From: an archaeon
Lineage (GTDB): Archaea > Iainarchaeota > Iainarchaeia > Iainarchaeales > CSSED10-239
Assembly: GCA_037147375.1 (NCBI GenBank)
Contig: JBAWVI010000019.1
Location: 1-12,827 of the forward strand
Reading direction: 5' to 3'
Length of the DNA: 12,827 nt
Positions 7,019 through 12,827 of this stretch are shown in pieces; position 1 is the stretch's first letter, and each line of letters opens with the position of its first letter. The translations under genes and the position numbers were made by a program. The notes under the pieces are model-generated. The model was given only the letters and a program-made list of their open reading frames with translations. It had not been told where the DNA came from and searched no databases.

Positions 7019-9241
7019 ATGAATAATAATGAAATCATAAAGAAGATACTTGAGATTAATGAGTATTCTTCTTTAAACCCAGTTCAGGAGAAGGCATCAA
7101 AGTATATTGGAGAAAATACAATCGTTTGTTCTCCAACTGCTTCTGGAAAAACAACTATATTTGAAATGTATTTACTTGATACACTCATAAACAGAAAGAA
7201 AAAGGTTGTTTACATCTCCCCTCTTAAGGCTCTCACAAGCGAACATTATTTTGAAACTAGAAGAAAGTTCTCTAAAGAGTTTAACTTAAAGGTCGGATTA
7301 TCAACTGGTGATCTTGATGAATCTGTTAAGCACCTTGAAGAGTATGATATCCTTTTCTTAACCTATGAAAAATTTGATTCTGTTATTCGTCATTCTCCAA
7401 ATTGGCTTTCTGAAGTTGGATTATTAACTATTGATGAAATTCATGAGATTGGATCTGATAGAGGATCAACTCTTGAAGTTTTATTAACACAAGTTAAGAT
7501 TAATTATCCAGAAATAAAATTACTTGGTTTATCCGCAACTATTGGAAACCCAAATGAGATAGCATCTTGGTTATCAGCTAAGCTAATTAAATCTGATTAT
7601 AGACCAGTTCCCCTTCTTGTTGGTGTTCTTTATGATAACAAGATGTATTTTGGAGAACAAGTAATTAAGCTTGAAAACATAAAGAAGGATCATTCCTTAA
7701 ATGGAATAATTAAGGATACGCTTCAAAAGCAAAAACAAATAATTGTTTTTTGTAATTCTAGAAAAAGCACTATGACTCTGTCAGAAAAATATTCAAGAGA
7801 AATATATGGAACATTAACTAATGAAGAAAAAGAAAGGTTAAAGATCATTTCAAAAGAAGTTCATAATGCTCTTGAAACTCCAACCAAGCAATGTACTCTT
7901 CTTTCAAATGTTCTTGGGTTTGGAGTTTGCTTTCATCATGCAGGTCTTGTTTCACGCCAAAGACACATAATTGAAAACGAATTCAAGAAAGGAAATATTA
8001 AAGTTATATTTGCAACCCCAACTCTTGCTGCTGGAATTAATCTACCTGCTTTTAGAGTTGTAATTAACTCAATATATAGATTTGACCTCACAGGATCAAA
8101 TCCTCTTTCAGTTAATGAGGTTCTTCAAATGGTTGGACGTGCTGGTAGACCAAAGTATGATAAATCTGGAGAAGCATTAATTGTTGCATCAAAGGAAACA
8201 GACATAAATAGAATTTATGGATCATACATTGATGCAGAACCAACTAACATTGATTCACAGTTATCAAAGATGAATAAATTAAGAGCTCAACTTCTTTCAA
8301 TAATTATTACTAATAATATAGAAAGCATAGATGATATTAATAAATTTATTTCAAAAACATTTTATTATAAAATATTTGGATCAACTTTAGAGATTAAGGA
8401 AAACATAAAAGATATAGTTAATGAATTTATTGAATATAAGTTTGTAGAAAGAATAGATAAAAATAAGATTAAGATAAGTGATCTTGGGAAAAAAGTTTCT
8501 TTACTTTATCTTGATCCAACATCAGCGCATAGAATAATTGAAGATCTTGAAATTAAACAAGATAAACTTGAAAATATAAATGATTTATCTTTACTGTTTA
8601 CTCTTCTTAATACAACTGAGCTTTCTCCTTATCTAAATTTCAAAGATGATAAGGAAGATGGATTGTTTGTAATGTTTGAAGAACTTAAGCAAACAATCTT
8701 TTTTGATTATGAAGATATTTATCTTCTCTCAAAGCTATATGAAGCAAAAATGCTAAGGGATTGGATTAATGAAGTTCCTGAAGATAAGATAATTGAAGAA
8801 TACAATACATCTCCTGGACAGATAAGAGATGTTCTTACAAGAAGTGAATGGATAATTCATTGTATCTTGGAACTTTGCAAGTTTACAGAGAAGAATATTC
8901 AATTATTTAAGATGTTTAAGGATTTAAAGATTAGATTGAAGTATGGAATATCACAAGAGCTAGTTTCACTTGTTGAACTTAAGAACATTGGAAGAGTTAG
9001 AGCAAGAACTTTGTATTCTAGAGGAATGAAATCTCCAAATGATATTAAGAAAGATCCTGAAAAGTTTATATCAATAATTGGAAGACCTGGCCTAGTCACT
9101 CTTGAAGAATTAAAAATTGATTACAAGAAGAAGATTGAAGAAAAAGAAGAAGCACCTAAACAAATTGAAAATAAAAAAGAAGAAAAAAAGAAAAAGATAG
9201 AAGAAAGTTATAAAAAGCAAACATCTCTTAAAGATTATTAA
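7019..9241 (+). CDS. hel308: Hel308/Hjm Ski2-like DExH DNA helicase
   Basis: 740 aa. Motif I SPTASGKT, Ia SPLKAL, II DEIH, III SAT, V ATPTLAAGINLP, VI QMVGRAGRP. C-terminal helix-hairpin-helix domain 5 (LKNIGRVRARTLYSRGM). A roughly 40-aa K/E-rich tail follows. Confidence 0.9.
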   Translation: MNNNEIIKKILEINEYSSLNPVQEKASKYIGENTIVCSPTASGKTTIFEMYLLDTLINRKKKVVYISPLKALTSEHYFETRRKFSKEFNLKVGLSTGDLDESVKHLEEYDILFLTYEKFDSVIRHSPNWLSEVGLLTIDEIHEIGSDRGSTLEVLLTQVKINYPEIKLLGLSATIGNPNEIASWLSAKLIKSDYRPVPLLVGVLYDNKMYFGEQVIKLENIKKDHSLNGIIKDTLQKQKQIIVFCNSRKSTMTLSEKYSREIYGTLTNEEKERLKIISKEVHNALETPTKQCTLLSNVLGFGVCFHHAGLVSRQRHIIENEFKKGNIKVIFATPTLAAGINLPAFRVVINSIYRFDLTGSNPLSVNEVLQMVGRAGRPKYDKSGEALIVASKETDINRIYGSYIDAEPTNIDSQLSKMNKLRAQLLSIIITNNIESIDDINKFISKTFYYKIFGSTLEIKENIKDIVNEFIEYKFVERIDKNKIKISDLGKKVSLLYLDPTSAHRIIEDLEIKQDKLENINDLSLLFTLLNTTELSPYLNFKDDKEDGLFVMFEELKQTIFFDYEDIYLLSKLYEAKMLRDWINEVPEDKIIEEYNTSPGQIRDVLTRSEWIIHCILELCKFTEKNIQLFKMFKDLKIRLKYGISQELVSLVELKNIGRVRARTLYSRGMKSPNDIKKDPEKFISIIGRPGLVTLEELKIDYKKKIEEKEEAPKQIENKKEEKKKKIEESYKKQTSLKDY

Positions 9242-9248
9242 GAGTAAT

Positions 9249-9320
9249 GCAGCTATAGTCTAGTGGTTAGGATTTGAGCTTCCCAAGCTTAGGGCCCGAG
9301 TTCGAATCTCGGTAGCTGCA
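9249..9320 (+). tRNA. tRNA-Gly (anticodon CCC), 72 nt, no encoded CCA
   Basis: Hand-folded cloverleaf. Acceptor stem GCAGCTA/TAGCTGC with discriminator A. D-arm has the GG pair. Anticodon stem TGAGC/GCTTA with loop TTCCCAA. Variable loop is 4 nt. T-arm is CCGAG-TTCGAAT-CTCGG. It is the only GC-rich island in the window. The downstream sequence is tat, so CCA must be added post-transcriptionally. Confidence 0.9.
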
Positions 9321-9338
9321 TATCTTAATTAAAAGAGG

Positions 9339-9989
9339 TTATAATTCTTTTGAGAAAACATCAAATGCTCTTCCTGTATCTTCTTTTCTTATTATAAACG
9401 TCATTTCTGTTAATGTCGAAACTATTTCTATAATTCCAATATTGTGCCAACTTAATTTTTTAATAACAATATAGAATAAACCAATTATCTTCCACGATTC
9501 AGGAGGGATACGAAGAATTAATGCTGAAAGATCAGGAATTATCATCTTTACATCTTCTTTTGAGAACATCTTTTGGATTTTTTCAATATGCATCTTGTTT
9601 GTGATTATTGTAGTTTCATATATCCCCTTTGTAATTGCAAGAAAATCTCCTTTTGAAAAATCAACAATATTGTATATATCTTTTATTTTATTTAATGTTT
9701 TTTTTGAATTAATTATTGTTATCTCTACAAGATCAGATCTTATTACAATCTCTGATTTAATACTTACTTTTTTTATTTCAGCAAGTTTATTATCTTGTAT
9801 TTCTTCTCCAATTCTTCTTAATGCCATAATGATTGCTGATAACTTTACTTGCTTTTTTAGTTCCTTCTCAATTTGCGGTTTGATAAATGTTGCTAAACCA
9901 CCATAATGAATTATACCTTTAGAAATTGCTTCTTGCATGTAAGGGGTTTGTCCGATTATTTGCCTTGAAATTTGAGTTATGTTTGTCAT
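9339..9989 (-). CDS. Uncharacterised archaeal protein: N-terminal HTH-like segment plus C-terminal ACT-like ligand-binding region (putative regulator)
   Basis: 216 aa. The N-terminal MQEAISKGIIHYGGLATFIKPQIEKEL...AIIMALRRI resembles a conserved archaeal family usually annotated as ACT domain-containing. The C-terminal half has an alternating beta/alpha hydrophobic pattern (LILRIP...IGLFYIV...IIEIVSTLTEMTFIIRKED), which is ACT-like. The function is inferred, not shown. Confidence 0.45.
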   Translation of the reverse strand: MTNITQISRQIIGQTPYMQEAISKGIIHYGGLATFIKPQIEKELKKQVKLSAIIMALRRIGEEIQDNKLAEIKKVSIKSEIVIRSDLVEITIINSKKTLNKIKDIYNIVDFSKGDFLAITKGIYETTIITNKMHIEKIQKMFSKEDVKMIIPDLSALILRIPPESWKIIGLFYIVIKKLSWHNIGIIEIVSTLTEMTFIIRKEDTGRAFDVFSKEL

Positions 9990-10075
9990 AATTATCTTTA
10001 TTTTCTAATTTGTTATCATAGTAACATAATGTTAATATAATAATTAAGCAGTAATATATTTAAAAAGGGATTATT

Positions 10076-11074
10076 ATGAGAAATAATGAAATATTTAGAG
10101 GTTGCGCTTATTATTATGAAAAGGTAAAAGGAATAACCTTTAATGAAGAAGAAATATACTTCCTTGGACTAAACACACCCCCGATGTGTAATTATAATTG
10201 TGATCTTTGTCTCGCAAGTTGCACAACCAAAAGTAATAATTTTGGAAGGAAATTAACAATAAAGGAATATATAAAAATAATTACTGATGCCTATGAACTT
10301 GGGGTTAAGCACATTGAATTGTCAGGAGAAGGCGAACCATTTTTGTATTATCCTGAAGTTAGAGGAATAATAGAACATGCAACAAGGCTTGGGATACACA
10401 CATTAATTCACACTAATGGATCTTTGTTAACTAAAGAAATTATTGATTTTCTGAGCAAGATGAATGTTTCAATAATGATTAGTTTATCTTATATTGATGA
10501 AAATAAGTTTAATAAATTTACAGGAACAAAAGACCAACTTGAAAAAGTTATAAAAAATATACAATTGTTATCTGAACGAATGAAAAATAAGGTTATATCA
10601 AAGAAAGGGTATTTTGTATATAGAGTTGGAATTAATTCAGAACAACTAGAAGATAATAATTTGGACCTAGAAGAAATAGGAAATATGTGCAAACAATATA
10701 ACTTATTTGCAAATGTTGCATCAGTGATTGGAGGACAAAATTTAAACATAAATAAAGTTATGGACCGGAGAGAAAACTCAATAATTGTTTGTAAGTCAGC
10801 AACAAACCATTTAGGGCAGAGTGTGTGTGCATTGTTTCATTATGGAATAGGAATAAGATGTGATGGAGAGGTTCTTTTTGAAACACACTCATACAATACA
10901 ACAAAAATAATTGGAAATGTAAGAAATCTAGATTTAGATAAATTAATAAAAAGAAATAAAGATCTTCAAAGAATTTATTTTAGTGCGTTTAATGATAATG
11001 GGTTTTGCCCATTGAGAAATCCAAGATTTAATGAATTTACAGAGATGATAAAAAATGAAAAATATAAATTATAA
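10076..11074 (+). CDS. Radical SAM enzyme with Cys-rich C-terminal (twitch/SPASM-like) domain, subfamily unknown
   Basis: 332 aa. CxxxCxxC is at C38-N-Y-N-C42-D-L-C45, followed by an extra C49. SGEGEPFL is the GGEPLL-type SAM-binding motif. HTNGSLL follows. C-terminal cysteines are C239, C251, C262 (IRCDGEVLF, like the v.pdGdv strand of SPASM/twitch domains) and C311. Confidence 0.8.
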   Translation: MRNNEIFRGCAYYYEKVKGITFNEEEIYFLGLNTPPMCNYNCDLCLASCTTKSNNFGRKLTIKEYIKIITDAYELGVKHIELSGEGEPFLYYPEVRGIIEHATRLGIHTLIHTNGSLLTKEIIDFLSKMNVSIMISLSYIDENKFNKFTGTKDQLEKVIKNIQLLSERMKNKVISKKGYFVYRVGINSEQLEDNNLDLEEIGNMCKQYNLFANVASVIGGQNLNINKVMDRRENSIIVCKSATNHLGQSVCALFHYGIGIRCDGEVLFETHSYNTTKIIGNVRNLDLDKLIKRNKDLQRIYFSAFNDNGFCPLRNPRFNEFTEMIKNEKYKL

Positions 11075-11435
11075 GAACGAAATACTAAAGATACTAGAAG
11101 AACAAAGTAATGGAAATTATTCAAACACATTTACAAAGTATAGCTATATTAATGGAGCAAAAGATTTTGTAAGATTTACAATAAATCCAAACTACATTGC
11201 ATATAATGGGGAGATAAAATTATTAAAGTTGATTACCCCTATTATCTCAAATTTACAAGAACTAAATATATATGATCTTGGACCAGGAGATGGAAGCAAA
11301 GCAAAATATCTATTAAATAGGTTGGAGAATGTATCTATGTATGTTGGAATAGATATAAGTCAAAATATGCTTGACATTGCCAGGCTCAAGAAACAATTCA
11401 AAAAATTGCAATCATGCGTGTGTAGATTTTACTAA
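11055..11435 (+). CDS. EgtD-like (Methyltransf_33-type) SAM-dependent methyltransferase, N-terminal fragment; frame breaks in the A6 run at 11400-11405
   Basis: The start overlaps the radical SAM stop by 20 nt. It is preceded by GAGATGAT, a 7/8 match to the GAGGTGAT Shine-Dalgarno sequence. YSYINGAKDFVRFTINPNYIAYNGEIKLL resembles the EgtD YfYDxxGSxLFexIxxxPEYYxTRxExxIL segment. SAM motif I is IYDLGPGDGSKAKYLL, then YVGIDIS. The last roughly 11 residues (KLQSCVCRFY) look out of frame. Confidence 0.65.
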   Translation: MKNINYKNEILKILEEQSNGNYSNTFTKYSYINGAKDFVRFTINPNYIAYNGEIKLLKLITPIISNLQELNIYDLGPGDGSKAKYLLNRLENVSMYVGIDISQNMLDIARLKKQFKKLQSCVCRFY

Positions 11436-11964
11436 CCTTAACTTACTTGCAAAAAAAATTAAAACTAAAAATAATTTAATAATGATACTTGGGAATACTC
11501 TTGCAAATGAAATTAGTATGGATAAATATCTTAGAAGATTGAGAAATATATCCCATAAAGAGACACACCTATTAATTGGTATTGAATTAGTAAATAATGC
11601 TTCTAAAAGCACAATTAATGCAGTTATAAGTGAATATAATTGCGAGGAAAATAAAGGATTAACTATTAACCCAATCAACGATATAAGATCACTTTCTAAA
11701 GCAGGGGAACTTATAATAATATTCAATGAAGAATTATCAAGAATAGAAGAAAGATTTGTGTTTAATAAACACACAATAATTAATAACAAAAATAAAAATT
11801 TAAAATATAACGTTGGAGATTATCTCTTATTATCAATTACACAAAAACCAAGTCTACGTGCTTTTGTTGAGCTTATAGATAGAAGTGGGTGGAGTATTCA
11901 AAAATATATAAACATAGATAATCAATACTTGTTTTTATTGAAAAAATTGGAAAAGAAGAAATAA
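11371..11964 (+). CDS. EgtD-like methyltransferase, C-terminal fragment (+1 frame relative to 11055-11435)
   Basis: From about NCNHACVDFTNL onward it continues the same fold. VDFTNL corresponds to GDF. MILGNTLANE corresponds to the flGStIGNf motif. LLIGIEL corresponds to lLiGvDl. The M at 11371 is probably not a real start. Removing one A from the A6 run fuses both fragments into one protein of about 300 aa (...ARLKKQFKNCNHACVDFTNL...). Confidence 0.6.
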   Translation: MTLPGSRNNSKNCNHACVDFTNLNLLAKKIKTKNNLIMILGNTLANEISMDKYLRRLRNISHKETHLLIGIELVNNASKSTINAVISEYNCEENKGLTINPINDIRSLSKAGELIIIFNEELSRIEERFVFNKHTIINNKNKNLKYNVGDYLLLSITQKPSLRAFVELIDRSGWSIQKYINIDNQYLFLLKKLEKKK

Positions 11965-11977
11965 TTATTTCTTCTTT
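11952..11977. terminator. Perfect 26-nt palindrome aaagaagaaataa|ttatttcttcttt centred on two abutting convergent stop codons; candidate bidirectional terminator
   Basis: Thirteen consecutive complementary pairs, checked base by base (11964/11965 out to 11952/11977; 11951/11978 mismatch). Each arm encodes KKK-stop for one of the convergent genes. Each strand reads TTATTTCTTCTTT immediately after its own stop codon. Confidence 0.4.
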
Positions 11978-12246
11978 ATTGTTGAGATTACTTTTGCTTT
12001 AACCTTCTCTTCTAGCTTCTGGGATATCTTATCTGCTTTTTCTGTTAATCTTGCAAGTTCAATTGTTACCCAAACAGCAATTACAGTTACAAGCACAGCA
12101 TAAAATATCATTGCAAGAAGACCACTTGCTGTTCCAAAAAGTCTTTTGAATATTTCTTGAATTGCTGTGTTCCATGCAAGAGCAGCAACAAGTCCAAATG
12201 CAGCAATAACAAGTGCATTTAATTTTTCTAATGCTTCTTTTTTCAT
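11965..12246 (-). CDS. Small two-helix membrane protein with K/E-rich amphipathic C-terminus, function unknown
   Basis: Hydrophobic segments are ALVIAAFGLVAALAWNTAI and LLAMIFYAVLVTVIAVWVTI. The ORF-track start at 12255 is a GTG lying inside a strong Shine-Dalgarno sequence (AAGGAGTGA, 12254-12262). The ATG at 12246 is 5 nt downstream of that sequence and is the likely start (MKKEALEKL..., 93 aa). Lies 22 nt downstream of truD on the same strand. Confidence 0.6.
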   Translation of the reverse strand: MKKEALEKLNALVIAAFGLVAALAWNTAIQEIFKRLFGTASGLLAMIFYAVLVTVIAVWVTIELARLTEKADKISQKLEEKVKAKVISTIKKK

Positions 12247-12268
12247 ATTCTTCACTCCTTAAAATAAT

Positions 12269-12827
12269 TTAACCAATGTTTTCTTGCTTTATTAATTCTC
12301 TTAAAAGAACAGTTGCATAATTTCCTTTAGTTAATGTAAATGAAAGGATAAGTTTTTTATATTTTTCTTCTGTATGTCTTTCATCGTCTCCAATCTCAAG
12401 CAACTTAAGATCATGAGCTTCTGTTTTTAGATCTCTATATTCTCCTTTGCTTGATAAAACAGAGTAATCTCTATTATAAAAATCATCAAATCTTATTCCT
12501 TCTTTTGCAAGAAGTTCTTTTTCAAGCTCTCCAGCTAGACCTTCAGAGAAGGTTGATTGAAATCCAAATAATTGTAATTGAACTGTTCCATTAACAACTC
12601 TATCTCCATCTATTCTATTAAGTCCATGTCCTCTATCAATTCTCATGTTTATTAATTCATTGAAAAGATATGATTGATATGCATGTATGAAAAGATATTG
12701 AACTGCTTTTGGAAGAACCTGTATTGCTCCAAGAAAATCTTCTGGATTTGCTGCTAAATGATTGAGCATAGCAGATTCATAACCAAAGGATGCTGGAAAG
12801 GAAGAAGCATGATGTCCGAAATCAAGA
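12269..12827 (-). CDS. truD: tRNA pseudouridine synthase TruD/Pus7 family, C-terminal part (N-terminus outside the window)
   Basis: HAYQSYLFNELINMRI matches the conserved TruD A(Y/R)QS.LFN segment. The reading frame stays open upstream of the M at 12769 to the window edge (my translation: LDFGHHASSFPASFGYESA-MLNHL...). The gene is therefore truncated by the window, and the catalytic Asp region is not visible. Confidence 0.7.
   Translation of the reverse strand, partial: LDFGHHASSFPASFGYESAMLNHLAANPEDFLGAIQVLPKAVQYLFIHAYQSYLFNELINMRIDRGHGLNRIDGDRVVNGTVQLQLFGFQSTFSEGLAGELEKELLAKEGIRFDDFYNRDYSVLSSKGEYRDLKTEAHDLKLLEIGDDERHTEEKYKKLILSFTLTKGNYATVLLRELIKQENIG

Noticed and set aside
10076-11074. Viperin-like antiviral radical SAM enzyme (pVip), because of the CNYNC motif and an adjacent small-molecule enzyme.
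   Set aside because: The C-terminal half is Cys-rich (C239, C251, C262, C311) and lacks the conserved viperin C-terminal extension. The general layout is closer to the MoaA/NirJ/SPASM-twitch type. No nucleotide kinase partner is present.
1527-11789. Eleven antisense ORFs in the supplied track: 1527-1715, 2162-2371, 3189-3461, 3620-3901, 4417-4650, 5729-5914, 6571-6888, 8899-9099, 9595-9906, 10489-10749 and 11412-11789.
   Set aside because: Each lies wholly or almost wholly inside a longer opposite-strand ORF that has clear family motifs. Their translations are low-complexity, F/L/I/S-rich mirror images of K/E/N-rich genes. None has a Shine-Dalgarno sequence or a recognisable motif. This is the expected artefact of low-GC coding DNA.
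9249-11964. Genomic island integrated at tRNA-Gly and carrying the ACT-like gene and the radical SAM/methyltransferase cassette.
   Set aside because: Scanning by eye found no integrase, no transposase, and no direct repeat of the tRNA 3' half (cgagttcgaatctcggtagctgca) downstream. Spot-checked base composition of the cassette is similar to the neighbouring hel308. The idea stays open but is unsupported.
12770-12827. The TruD region that should hold the NYFGxQRFG motif reads LDFGHHASSFPASFGYES, suggesting a degenerate or inactive pseudouridine synthase.
   Set aside because: The alignment was done by eye at the very edge of the window. The catalytic Asp region is off-window, and archaeal Pus7 sequences are divergent. 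This is insufficient to call anything unusual.

Overview
Low-GC (roughly 30% by eye), tightly packed archaeal chromosomal segment. All identifications come from reading motifs in the supplied translations; no searches were run. Most genes are core information-processing or proteostasis genes. These are a class I CCA-adding enzyme (partial), Dph2, a Fap7/AK6-like kinase, aCPSF1/FttA, proteasome beta subunit, a long FKBP/SlyD-type PPIase, Hel308/Ski2-like helicase, tRNA-Gly(CCC) and TruD/Pus7 (partial). Abutting convergent stop codons, GGTGA-type Shine-Dalgarno sites and K/I/N-rich proteins fit a small-genome archaeon, possibly DPANN-like, but lineage cannot be proven from this window. The one clearly non-housekeeping block is 9339-11964. 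It holds an ACT-like putative ligand-binding protein divergent from a translationally coupled pair: a radical SAM enzyme with a Cys-rich C-terminal domain, and an EgtD-like (Methyltransf_33-type) methyltransferase. The methyltransferase is split by a 1-nt frameshift in an A6 run. I know of no described pathway matching this pair, so it is the best candidate for an undescribed small-molecule or peptide modification system. Other observations: a perfect 26-nt palindrome across two abutting stop codons, a second convergent pair 1 nt apart, an 18-bp x 6 coding tandem repeat in a membrane-anchored protein, a K/E-rich Hel308 tail ending in a PIP-like motif, and a 59-nt divergent intergenic region with one TATA-like element. 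No CRISPR array, transposase, integrase or rRNA was seen.
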